Both the position numbers and the translations under genes were made by a program. Shown piece by piece: positions 19,820 to 29,042 of a DNA stretch of 64,000 nucleotides. Numbering within the stretch: the stretch's first letter is position 1; every line of letters begins with the position of its first letter. The notes under the pieces are model-generated. The model searched no databases. It saw only the letters and a program-made list of their open reading frames with translations, and was not told the DNA's origin. The DNA is from Candidatus Woykebacteria bacterium RBG_13_40_15 (GTDB taxonomy: Bacteria > Patescibacteriota > Microgenomatia > Woykebacterales > RBG-16-39-9b): the NCBI GenBank assembly GCA_001816655.1, contig MHCP01000030.1:5623-69622 (forward strand). The letters run 5' to 3'.

Positions 19820-22534
19820 ATGCTTAAATTTTTAGGTTCTCTCTTAGATTCAAACGAACGAGAATTGAAAAAAATTGATCCCTTGGTCGCCAAAATCAAT
19901 TCTTTGGAAGATGGGGTAAAAAAACTCTCCCCCACAAAGTTTAAAGAAAAAGCAGACCTCTTTAGAAAAGAGATGGAAAAAGGCGAAAATCCAGACGAGT
20001 TTCTACCCGAAGTTTTTGCCTTAGTAAGAGAAGCCGCCCGAAGAACCCTAGGTCAGAGGCATTTTGATGTACAAATAGCTGGCGGTATTATCCTTCACCA
20101 GGGGAAAATAGCTGAGATGAAAACGGGTGAAGGAAAAACTCTTGTTGCCACACTCCCTCTCTCCCTAAACGCTTTAACAGGCAGGGGTGCTCATCTAGTA
20201 ACCGTGAATGATTATTTAGCCAAACGCGATGCCGAATGGATGGGTCCTATCTACCATTACCTGGGTTTATCTGTCGGGGTTATAAATCACGATGTAAGCT
20301 ACCTTTTCGACCCGAACAAAGAAGAGGAGGAAAAAGAGGAATTGAAAGAACAAAGCACAACCCCAGAAGCAGAAGGTTTGGGAGTAGGAAAATTTTTGCG
20401 AGAAGTAACAAGAAGAGAAGCTTACGCAGCTGATATCACCTACGGTACTAATAATGAGTATGGCTTTGATTATTTGCGCGATAATATGGCAGGAAGCCTA
20501 GAGGAAATGGTTCAGCGACCACTCAACTACGCAATCGTCGACGAAGTAGACTCAATTTTAATTGATGAAGCCCGCACTCCTCTTATAATCTCAGCTCCAG
20601 CAGAAGAAAGCACGGAAAAATATTTTCAATTTGCTTCTTTAGTCAGCCGATTAGTTAAAGACACAGATTACGTGATCGATGAGAAACTAAGGACCGCAAA
20701 TTTGACTGAAATTGGCGTGTCTAAAATCGAGCGGATGCTTGGAGTTAAAAATCTTTACGAAAGTGATTTTGAAGCTATTCACCACATCGAAGAGGCCCTA
20801 AAAGCGCAAACTCTTTACCACAAAGATAAGGACTACGTTGTGAAGGAAGGTGAGGTAATAATTGTTGACGAATTTACTGGAAGAATGCTTCCTGGCCGCC
20901 GTTACTCCGAAGGATTGCACCAGGCAATTGAAGCCAAAGAAGGAGTTGCGGTTCAGAAAGAAAGCAAAACCATGGCGACAATTTCTTTTCAAAATCTTTT
21001 CCGATTGTATGAAAAATTAGCCGGAATGACTGGTACTGCAACAACCAGCGCAGAAGAGTTCCACAAAGTTTACAAACTAGATGTGGTTAGTACTCCAACT
21101 CATAAGCCAATGATCAGAGAGGACTTTCCGGATAGTGTCTACAAAACAGAAAAAGCAAAATGGCAGGCTGTGGCAGCAGAGATTGAAGAAAATCACGCTA
21201 AAGGGCAGCCAGTTCTGGTTGGAACTACTTCAATTGAAAAGAATGAGTTGCTCTCAGATTTATTAAAACGCAAGAAAATCCCTCATGAACTGCTTAATGC
21301 AAAAAATCATGAGAGAGAGGCGCAAATTATTGCCAATGCAGGACAGAACGGTAGTGTGACTGTTGCAACCAACATGGCCGGCCGTGGTGTTGATATAAAA
21401 CTTGGCGATGGTGTTGAAAAAATCGGTGGTCTCCATGTAATCGGTACAGAGAGACACGAGGCAAGGAGAATTGATAATCAGCTTCGAGGCAGGTGTGGCC
21501 GGCAAGGAGATCGGGGATCTAGCCGTTTCTTTGTTTCTCTGCAAGACGATATTATGAGGCTTTTTGGCGGAGATACGGTTGCAAAAGTTATGGACACGCT
21601 GAAGATCCCAGAAAATGTCCCAATTGAAAACTCAATGATTTCAAAAGCAATTGAAAGTGCGCAATCTAGAGTCGAGGGGCACAATTTTGATATCAGGAAA
21701 CGTTTAGTAGATTACGACGACGTTTTAAATAAACAAAGAGAAATAATTTATTCGCAACGTCGAAAAATTTTGGAACAGATTACTAAAAAAGACGAAACAG
21801 ATAAAAGTGAGAAAAACCAAAATTTGAAGGACCTGATGCTAGAAAAAATAGGTTCGGAAATTGATCAGATTATAGCGATATCCCAAACGGAGAGCAAAGT
21901 ACCAGACTACGAACAAATCGCAAAAGAGTTTTTTACTGTTACCCCGTTTGATGAAAAATCTCAAGGCCAAATAAAAGATCAGATTGAAAAACTTGGGATA
22001 CCTGAAAAAATAAGTGAGTTTCTATTCGACTTAGCAAAGAAGGTTTACAATGCCAGGGAAGAGCAATATGGTGCGGATGTTACAAGAGAAATAGAAAAGC
22101 TCGTTTTGCTCAACACAATTGATAGCCTCTGGATAAATCACTTGGAAGACATCGATTACTTGCGTGAAGGAATTGGTCTTCGCGGCTACGCTTCAAGAGA
22201 CCCGCTTGTAGAATACAAAGGAGAGGCTTTTAAACTGTTTGAAGATTTAATACGGGCGATTGATTTTGAAGTAACACATAGGATTTTCAAAATCCAACTT
22301 GTCCCACAAAATCAGCAAGCGCAGACAACAACTACAACAAGCGGCAGCTCAAGCTCTACAAGCGAGACTATCGCGTCAACCCCCCTCGCCAATAACCAAT
22401 CACCACTAACCAGTCATAAAAACAAGATTAGCCGCAACGACCCCTGTCCCTGTGGATCTGGATTGAAGTATAAACGTTGTGGCCTTGTAGATAGCCCGAT
22501 ACATCAAGAAAATATGGCCAAGGCTAGAGCCTAA
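19820..22534 (+). CDS. secA: Preprotein translocase ATPase SecA
   Basis: MKTGEGKT, DEVDSILIDEARTPLII, TNMAGRG, RRIDNQLRGR, C-terminal SEC-C motif RNDPCPCGSG. Confidence 0.99.
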   Translation: MLKFLGSLLDSNERELKKIDPLVAKINSLEDGVKKLSPTKFKEKADLFRKEMEKGENPDEFLPEVFALVREAARRTLGQRHFDVQIAGGIILHQGKIAEMKTGEGKTLVATLPLSLNALTGRGAHLVTVNDYLAKRDAEWMGPIYHYLGLSVGVINHDVSYLFDPNKEEEEKEELKEQSTTPEAEGLGVGKFLREVTRREAYAADITYGTNNEYGFDYLRDNMAGSLEEMVQRPLNYAIVDEVDSILIDEARTPLIISAPAEESTEKYFQFASLVSRLVKDTDYVIDEKLRTANLTEIGVSKIERMLGVKNLYESDFEAIHHIEEALKAQTLYHKDKDYVVKEGEVIIVDEFTGRMLPGRRYSEGLHQAIEAKEGVAVQKESKTMATISFQNLFRLYEKLAGMTGTATTSAEEFHKVYKLDVVSTPTHKPMIREDFPDSVYKTEKAKWQAVAAEIEENHAKGQPVLVGTTSIEKNELLSDLLKRKKIPHELLNAKNHEREAQIIANAGQNGSVTVATNMAGRGVDIKLGDGVEKIGGLHVIGTERHEARRIDNQLRGRCGRQGDRGSSRFFVSLQDDIMRLFGGDTVAKVMDTLKIPENVPIENSMISKAIESAQSRVEGHNFDIRKRLVDYDDVLNKQREIIYSQRRKILEQITKKDETDKSEKNQNLKDLMLEKIGSEIDQIIAISQTESKVPDYEQIAKEFFTVTPFDEKSQGQIKDQIEKLGIPEKISEFLFDLAKKVYNAREEQYGADVTREIEKLVLLNTIDSLWINHLEDIDYLREGIGLRGYASRDPLVEYKGEAFKLFEDLIRAIDFEVTHRIFKIQLVPQNQQAQTTTTTSGSSSSTSETIASTPLANNQSPLTSHKNKISRNDPCPCGSGLKYKRCGLVDSPIHQENMAKARA
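22472..22534 (+). repeat. secA 3'-tail copy 1 (currently in frame with secA)
   Basis: Encodes KRCGLVDSPIHQENMAKARA*. Confidence 0.9.
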
Positions 22535-22701
22535 AATCACACTAATTTCTCTAAACTATAGGGCTAAATTTTGGGGTGTTTGTAACTTATTACCTCCGTG
22601 TGGGGTCCAAATTTGTTTATTCAATAATGATTATTAGATTAATCGCTCAGCCAAAACCTCAAAATAGTTCTAATTATGTAGAAACAGTATCGGATTCTTA
22701 G

Positions 22702-23670
22702 CTATAAGACGATATTGAACAGGTAACCTGTGAAAATTATCCCTAAACCAACAATCGAGGCAAAAGTAATTATTAGTTTAGGTTTCAAAACCTTCCTAAG
22801 GATGATAAATTCAGGTAATGATAAGGCTGTGACAGACATCATAAAGGCCAAAGCAGTTCCCATTGCCATACCTTTATCAATCAAAACAGAAACGATAGGG
22901 ATTGTTCCTGCTGCGTTTGAATAGAGTGGGATACCGATTACGGTTGCCAAAGGAACAGCAAAAAAGTTTCCTTTACCTGCATAACTAACAAGAAAATCGT
23001 TTGGAATATAACCGTGTATAACTGACCCTAGAGCAACACCGCTAATAATATAAAGCCAAACTTTACCTACTATTTCTTTTGAGTAATTAACTGCGTAGTT
23101 TACCCTGTCTTTGAAAGTTAGTGTTTGTTCACTGCCATTTGCTGCCTTTACCTTATAAACAAATTCCTCTACCCACTTTTCAAGTTTTAATTTGCCTAGG
23201 ATACTTCCGGCAACAGTAGCTATCAAAACACCGCTGACAACATAGATTAAAGCGATTTTCCAACCAAACAGGCCCCAAAGAAGAATAAGGGCGACTTCAT
23301 TTACCATAGGAGAAGATATTAAGAAGGAAAAAGTGACACCTAAAGGAACTCCCGCCTCAACAAATCCGATAAATAATGGTACTGCAGAGCAAGAGCAAAA
23401 TGGCGTAACAATTCCAACCGTGGCAGCTAAGAAGTTATTTAGTAGTGGAAATTTTTGATTCGATAGATACTTCTTTGTTTTTTTAGGAGGGAAGTAAGAG
23501 CGAATAATGGATACAATAAAAATAATAGCCGATAAGAGAATGATGATTTTGATTGTGTCGTAGATAAAAAAGTTTAATGACTTTGCTAACGCAGAACTTT
23601 GGTCAACTTTAAGCAGAGTTTCGGTAATAAATTTAGAAAATAACTCTAACGGATAGAATATCTTATCCAT
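22702..23670 (-). CDS. ArsP-like (DUF318) permease
   Basis: TPFCSCSAVPLF, SFLISSPMVNE, ALSLPEF. Confidence 0.9.
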   Translation of the reverse strand: MDKIFYPLELFSKFITETLLKVDQSSALAKSLNFFIYDTIKIIILLSAIIFIVSIIRSYFPPKKTKKYLSNQKFPLLNNFLAATVGIVTPFCSCSAVPLFIGFVEAGVPLGVTFSFLISSPMVNEVALILLWGLFGWKIALIYVVSGVLIATVAGSILGKLKLEKWVEEFVYKVKAANGSEQTLTFKDRVNYAVNYSKEIVGKVWLYIISGVALGSVIHGYIPNDFLVSYAGKGNFFAVPLATVIGIPLYSNAAGTIPIVSVLIDKGMAMGTALAFMMSVTALSLPEFIILRKVLKPKLIITFASIVGLGIIFTGYLFNIVL

Positions 23671-23942
23671 TAACAGCAGTCCTTATCAGAACAACAGTTA
23701 TCACCACAAGTATTTTCTAGAATTGCCTCTTTTACGCCCTCAACACTAAAACTTTTGACTTCCGCTAGTGTTCCATCGACTGTAAGTATAGGGCCGTGCA
23801 CAAGACTCATCTCAACTATCTCTTGGACATTTGTTGAGTACTCAATTTCAGCATCAATGTTCGCTTCTTTAACTGCTTCTTTTGCCATTTCGTACAGTTT
23901 TTTACAAGTGGGACAACCCGAACCGATAATTTTAATTTTCAT
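23670..23942 (-). CDS. Small thioredoxin-like redox protein (MTH895 type)
   Basis: IKIIGSGCPTC; located in an ars-type operon. Confidence 0.88.
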   Translation of the reverse strand: MKIKIIGSGCPTCKKLYEMAKEAVKEANIDAEIEYSTNVQEIVEMSLVHGPILTVDGTLAEVKSFSVEGVKEAILENTCGDNCCSDKDCC

Positions 23943-24201
23943 TATTTCCTCCTATTTTATTTAATGCTTTTATAATGTTATGAAGGCCATTTTTATTGAG
24001 TGAATAGTAGTTATTCTTACCACAACGACAGTTTTCAATTATTCCTGCTTCTTTTAGTACGCCTAGGTGATGGGAGACAAGATTTTGAGGAAGTTTTACT
24101 TTTTTCTCGATTTCGCAAACGCACAAAGAACCTTTTGATAGTAGTTCAACTATCTTTAATCTATTTTCTTCCGCTAAGGCCTTAAACATATCAATCATCA
24201 T
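23932..24201 (-). CDS. ArsR/SmtB family transcriptional repressor
   Basis: FKALAEENRLKI, LCVCEI, VSHHL. Confidence 0.92.
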   Translation of the reverse strand: MMIDMFKALAEENRLKIVELLSKGSLCVCEIEKKVKLPQNLVSHHLGVLKEAGIIENCRCGKNNYYSLNKNGLHNIIKALNKIGGNNEN

Positions 24202-24208
24202 TGATATG
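24187..24208. promoter_or_regulatory. Probable ArsR operator palindrome
   Basis: CATATCAAT-catc-ATTGATATG, a perfect 9-bp inverted repeat overlapping the arsR start. Confidence 0.65.
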
Positions 24209-24240
24209 ATACAACTGGTTGCTTGTTTTAGTCAAGGGCT

Positions 24241-24330
24241 ATATGTGCACCATTACACAAGCACTTCAAAAAATGCGGGCTTGTAGATAGCCCTACCCAT
24301 CAAGAAAATATGGCTAAGGCTAAACCATAA
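24241..24330 (+). repeat. Conserved arm + secA-tail copy 2
   Basis: ATATGTGCACCATTACACAAGCACTTC, then KKCGLVDSPTHQENMAKAKP* (51/63 nt identical to the secA end). Confidence 0.92.
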
Positions 24331-24366
24331 TATTATTCTAATCTTCCAAGTAACTCCAAATGCGAC

Positions 24367-24396
24367 TTGACAAGATACAACAATATGTAATACAAT
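24367..24396 (+). promoter_or_regulatory. Sigma70-like promoter of the toxin-antitoxin pair
   Basis: TTGACA (24367) and TACAAT (24391), 18-bp spacer. Confidence 0.55.
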
Positions 24397-24643
24397 GTGT
24401 TACGTAATGAAACCCGAATCATTGCCAAGAAAAATTTTAAATGTATCTATTACCCCAACAATCGAAAATGAAGTAACTTCAATTGCAAAGCAGGAGCAAA
24501 AAACTAAAAGTGAAGTGGTACGCGATGCTATACGCCAGTACAGTATTTCAAGATCCTTAAACAAAATCTATGCTTATGGAAGAGAACGATCCCAAAGTTT
24601 AGGCATCGAAACCTACGAAGATATTGAAAGAATAGCTGGTTAA
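24395..24643 (+). CDS. Ribbon-helix-helix (CopG-type) antitoxin
   Basis: LNVSI...KSEVVRDAIRQY; coupled to the PIN gene; start may be the ATG near 24408. Confidence 0.82.
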   Translation: MCYVMKPESLPRKILNVSITPTIENEVTSIAKQEQKTKSEVVRDAIRQYSISRSLNKIYAYGRERSQSLGIETYEDIERIAG

Positions 24644-25065
24644 TGAAAGTAGTTTTTGATACTAACGTCCTGATTGCTAACGCTTTAAAAGATGGATTTA
24701 CCAGAGAAATATTTAAACTAGCCGCCAACGGCACTATAGATCTCTTAACCTCAAATCCAATCCTTTCCGAATTAGAAGAAAAACTTAAGATCAAATTTTC
24801 TTGGGAAGAATCAAAAATAAACCAGTATCTGACCGTAATACGAGAAATATCCCAAGTTATAGAGCCTACGGAAAAAATAGATGTCATAAAAAACGATCCA
24901 GATGATAATAAAATTCTCGAGTGTGCGGCAGCTGGAAAAGCTGATCTAATAGTATCGTCAGATAAGGATTTAATAAAACTTAAAAATTTCCAGAGTATTG
25001 GGATAATTCACCCTAGGACTTTATCTTGGACCTTTCCTAAATATTTCAAGAAGAACAAGCCTTAA
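24643..25065 (+). CDS. PIN-domain toxin (VapC-like, PIN_3)
   Basis: VVFDTNV, DPDDNKILECA, IVSSDKDL. Confidence 0.92.
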   Translation: MKVVFDTNVLIANALKDGFTREIFKLAANGTIDLLTSNPILSELEEKLKIKFSWEESKINQYLTVIREISQVIEPTEKIDVIKNDPDDNKILECAAAGKADLIVSSDKDLIKLKNFQSIGIIHPRTLSWTFPKYFKKNKP

Positions 25066-25089
25066 AGGTTTTAGCAGTCGTTTAAACCT

Positions 25090-25225
25090 ATATGTGTACC
25101 ATTACACTAGCACTTCAAACGTTGTGGGGTTGTAAATAGTCCGATAAATCAAGAAAATATGGCTGAAGCTAGAGCCTAAAACTCCCTTAAATTTCTAAAA
25201 TTATAGGATTAAAATTTGGGTGTTT
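25090..25225 (+). repeat. Conserved arm + secA-tail copy 3 with shared downstream sequence
   Basis: ATATGTGTACCATTACACTAGCACTTC, then KRCGVVNSPINQENMAEARA* (55/63 nt identical); similarity to 22535-22580 continues past the stop. Confidence 0.93.
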
Positions 25226-25311
25226 TAGTCCACGAAGTGGTTGCATAACTCAAGGAGATCTATAACTTATTACACCCCCAGAAGTCTCAATAAAGTTACC
25301 CAAAAGAGTTT

Positions 25312-25845
25312 TTATTTTTTAGCAACCTGCAAGATATCTTTCTTTTTCAGGACAATATTTGAAGAACAATTATTTAGAAGTGCTCGGCTTATAAAATTTT
25401 CAAATCCAACATATATTATTTCTTTACCTTCGTCTTTTGCAGTTTTTATGGCAGGCAAAAGATCTGTGTCTGAAGAGATTAAATAGCATTTGTCATATTC
25501 ATTCTTGATAGAACCACGAACAATATCCACAGCAATCTGAACATCAACACCCTTCTCGTGAAATTTACCATCGGACATTAATAAATAACCCAGTTTTATC
25601 TCAATACGTTGATTTCTTAAGCTAGTAAAAAGTTTTTGTTGGTTAGAATAAAGAGTAAGGGATTTTTTATTGTTGTCATATTGCTTTATCTCCCCAACGT
25701 AGTAAATCAAATTTATATTTCCAGCTTTTACAATAGATTTTGCTAATGCAGCGTAATCAAATTCTGTCAGATGAAGTTTAGGAAGAATTTTCTTCACCTT
25801 ATTGTAAAAATTACTGCCATCAAACTGGACTAATATTTTTTCCAT
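25312..25845 (-). CDS. NYN-domain (LabA/DUF88) protein
   Basis: DGSNFY, EKGVDVQIAVD, LISSDTDLLPA. Confidence 0.92.
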   Translation of the reverse strand: MEKILVQFDGSNFYNKVKKILPKLHLTEFDYAALAKSIVKAGNINLIYYVGEIKQYDNNKKSLTLYSNQQKLFTSLRNQRIEIKLGYLLMSDGKFHEKGVDVQIAVDIVRGSIKNEYDKCYLISSDTDLLPAIKTAKDEGKEIIYVGFENFISRALLNNCSSNIVLKKKDILQVAKK

Positions 25846-25982
25846 TTTGTTTATTGTAAGGTAAATAAAACTGACTGCAACAAAAACCCCCAGCTCGAAT
25901 TGAACTGGGGGGAATTAGCAACTTAATAGTTCTTTTCAGAACCAGCCTTATACTATCACAATTATAGAAACAACACAATATT

Positions 25983-26051
25983 AAATGTATCCCATTAAAC
26001 AAGCACTTCAAGAAGTGTGGTCTAATCAACGCACCGCAACACAAGGGATAA
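25983..26051 (+). repeat. Conserved arm + secA-tail copy 4 (short variant)
   Basis: AAATGTATCCCATTAAACAAGCACTTC, then KKCGLINAPQHKG*; perfect dyad CACTTC-AA-GAAGTG. Confidence 0.88.
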
Positions 26052-26171
26052 AGTGTAGGAAAGAAAGCCCTATTAATCCTCATTAGTTGGAGCCAAATTA
26101 CCACATTTTTGTTAAAATGGTTTGTTAGTTTAAGAAATTAGGGTGGGAATTGAATTATAATTTGGTCGCTA

Positions 26172-29027
26172 TTGATGAAAGACCAACCTCGAAGCAACAA
26201 AAAAAAGAGGATTGATACAAGTTCGGAATTTTTCTACTCAGAAACGCTTCATAAGTATATCCCCTTGGATTTTCTTAAGGTCGATGAACGAATTGTGGTA
26301 GCAGCGAATAAGTTACACCTAAAACTAGATTGGGATGATGAAGGGCGGATTTGCAATATAAGTTTTATCGATGCCAAGAGACTTATTGATGTGTTAGGAT
26401 CCCATCTTTTAACCCCTGCCGAATACTGGCAGGTTTATGAGGAGATTCGAAAAAGTGGGAATAATCAGATGCTTAGTTTATTGCAATCCAATACTGCGAC
26501 TGAATGGTTAGACGCAGTGTTTGAAAGAAACGCTAACGGAGTTGTCTACATGACTGGGCACCCAAAGATTAAATATAGCAGCGGAAAAGCTGAGTTCGTA
26601 GGCGACCGTCGGAAGATTATTCAACCGGTTGCCACACCTGGTTGGTTTAACCCCACAAACAATATTGATAAACAAACCGGAATGCCGCTTAGGGTAGAAA
26701 CACGAAGAGAAAAAGGCTCCCCCAGCTGGAGTGAAACTACCTGGAAGTATTGGTCAACATTTAAAGTTGGGTACTTTGTAGCCGGCATACGCGGTTATGT
26801 AACTTCTTCAGGAACACCTTCACTCGATATGGGTATCCCGGTTGAAAACACACAGCGCTTCCTAATGATCCGAGAATGTCGGGACAAATTAGTGATCCCA
26901 GAGTTACCACCGCAACTTCTAGCAAAAGCAAAACGTTTGATAGAAGCTTATATAAAGACGACCGTGGGCACCCCTGGGATAAAAAATCCTAAAGAACACG
27001 AAAAGTTTTATGGGATGAAAGAAACGGTATTTAAATTTCTAACAAAATGTAGAAATGGGCTATTTACATCACGGGGGAAAGAAGCAAGGGAAATACAAGA
27101 GAAATTAATTGATATGTTAGGTATATTGAAGATTGAGGCGTTGAGAAAAAAAGATAATGACACTATAAAAGCTCTTGAAAGGATCACCCCAAATCTTTTC
27201 CCAAGACCTTCAAAGTTTGGTTTTTATCACTCTTTGGTAGATTTTTTAGAAAAATCCCGCGAAAGGCTTAAAAAGGCAATATCGGAAAACAAACCAATCG
27301 TGTTTGTGATGGGCCATAAGAACCCAGACACCGACACGGTAATAAGTTCTTTATTTGAAGCATATCGTAATTTTTCCTTAGACCAAACCACTTGTTTTGT
27401 ACCGTTAGTTCAAGCTTCCCGTATTCCAGATGAGATAAAACGCCTTTTGGGCCAGCGAATATCTAATGGCTTTCTTTTATCAACCGAGAAAATCTACCAA
27501 CAGGCGTTGGCGCTAGGCCAAGCTAGGTGGATTATGGTCGACCATAGTAGAAGTGAGCAACAGAAATTTACAATCAGTATTGTTGATCATCATATTTTAT
27601 CGACAACCGCCGCGCGCCAGGCAATTCCCAAAACGTGGGAGATGATTGGATCTTGCTCCGCCCAAATTACGCAAAAGATTTTTGGGGTCGGGATAGTACC
27701 CGATCAAGAGATGGCACGACTTCTGCAAGGAGCAGCGCTTATGGATACGGAAAACCGGGGGCCTAAAAAGATGACTTACAAGGACGAATTGATAATGGAT
27801 GCCTTGAGAGCTATTTCCGGGATACAGGATGAGAACCGTTTCTATCAGGATTTGATGAGCAGCCTCCTAAATACCGACGACCCAACCCGTCTGTTTGAGC
27901 GAGATTATAAGGAGGACTGGGGCATATTTGGATTTGCAGTAGCTAAAGTCAAAAATGTCTTTGATACACGAGGAGACGAACTTAAACCGGAACTTCTGAT
28001 TAAGATAGTAAGCGAAGCGGAAAGGAACAACAAACAAAAAAATTTTTGTCTGACAATAGTCAAAGTGGTTGACTATGAGGATGATAACGAGAGAGTAAAT
28101 CGTGAAAGAGTATATTTGGTTTTTAACGATTACGCCCCGGAAAAGTTTAGAGCTGTGACGTTCGAATGTCTGGAGAGAATAATCAGACATGAATTCGGAG
28201 AACGAGTAAAAATCAGAAGGCTTAATAATGCAGTCGAGTTTTGGGGAGTAGGCGATCAACTCTCTCGCAAGGTAACCGCTCCAACGTTTGAACCAATTGT
28301 ATCGGCATTTAATGAATACTATTATTCTCCTGCTATTGGGGTTCACGTTAAAAGAGACTTCTTAAGAGTAGATGAAGAAATTACTAGCTTCGCAAAAGAA
28401 CTAGGAATAAAACTTTACACTGATAAGGAAGGTAGGGTTTGTAACATTACATTTAATGAAGCTAAATGTTTGCTTGATAGCCTTGGTTTTACAATGTTAA
28501 GCTTACCGGAATATTGGCGGGTCTTGAGCGAAGTTACTAAAGTTAATGATGTTCAAATGAACCAACATTTACGCTCTAGAGGATTTGTGGAATTTCTGGA
28601 TACAGTGATTCTCGATCATCAGTTTTCGCTAAATCATCCACATATTACCGGATCGGGCGAAAATATAACATATAAAGGAAAAATAAACAAAGTCGAGATT
28701 CCGGTGGCTCTTCCAGCTCTAATTTATCCCAACGAAATTGACCAAAAGACTGGTTTACCAACTAAAACTTACGAAGCGCAGGAAAGCTATGCCGATGTAA
28801 AAGCCTGGCGATATTGGTCCCCAGATGCTCCCGTATGTATACCCACTCGTGGATATATATTTTTAATCGATAAACCAGCGTTGGATTTAAAGATTCACCC
28901 CAATGATGCTTTACCAAACTTGGGGATTAGAGTAGCCGCTAAAAAGCTTATATATCCAAATATCGAATTTCAGGAGACAAAAAAAGGACTTGAGATTAAA
29001 ATAGTTAGACCTCGGACAGCAGTTTGA
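26172..29027 (+). CDS. 951-aa fusion: duplicated FGE-sulfatase/C-type-lectin-like domain flanking a DHH (family II pyrophosphatase-like) domain
   Basis: GHKNPDTDT, VDH, DHH, ERDYKE in the middle; DDEGRICNISFIDAK..LLTPAEYW at the N-terminus repeated as DKEGRVCNITFNEAK..LSLPEYW near the C-terminus. Confidence 0.65.
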   Translation: MMKDQPRSNKKKRIDTSSEFFYSETLHKYIPLDFLKVDERIVVAANKLHLKLDWDDEGRICNISFIDAKRLIDVLGSHLLTPAEYWQVYEEIRKSGNNQMLSLLQSNTATEWLDAVFERNANGVVYMTGHPKIKYSSGKAEFVGDRRKIIQPVATPGWFNPTNNIDKQTGMPLRVETRREKGSPSWSETTWKYWSTFKVGYFVAGIRGYVTSSGTPSLDMGIPVENTQRFLMIRECRDKLVIPELPPQLLAKAKRLIEAYIKTTVGTPGIKNPKEHEKFYGMKETVFKFLTKCRNGLFTSRGKEAREIQEKLIDMLGILKIEALRKKDNDTIKALERITPNLFPRPSKFGFYHSLVDFLEKSRERLKKAISENKPIVFVMGHKNPDTDTVISSLFEAYRNFSLDQTTCFVPLVQASRIPDEIKRLLGQRISNGFLLSTEKIYQQALALGQARWIMVDHSRSEQQKFTISIVDHHILSTTAARQAIPKTWEMIGSCSAQITQKIFGVGIVPDQEMARLLQGAALMDTENRGPKKMTYKDELIMDALRAISGIQDENRFYQDLMSSLLNTDDPTRLFERDYKEDWGIFGFAVAKVKNVFDTRGDELKPELLIKIVSEAERNNKQKNFCLTIVKVVDYEDDNERVNRERVYLVFNDYAPEKFRAVTFECLERIIRHEFGERVKIRRLNNAVEFWGVGDQLSRKVTAPTFEPIVSAFNEYYYSPAIGVHVKRDFLRVDEEITSFAKELGIKLYTDKEGRVCNITFNEAKCLLDSLGFTMLSLPEYWRVLSEVTKVNDVQMNQHLRSRGFVEFLDTVILDHQFSLNHPHITGSGENITYKGKINKVEIPVALPALIYPNEIDQKTGLPTKTYEAQESYADVKAWRYWSPDAPVCIPTRGYIFLIDKPALDLKIHPNDALPNLGIRVAAKKLIYPNIEFQETKKGLEIKIVRPRTAV

Positions 29028-29042
29028 GGCGCATTGTCCTAA

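Noticed and set aside
19374-29027. Diversity-generating retroelement (Avd-like four-helix bundle plus lectin-fold protein)
   Set aside because: No reverse transcriptase in the window, and differences between the repeats are not restricted to adenines.
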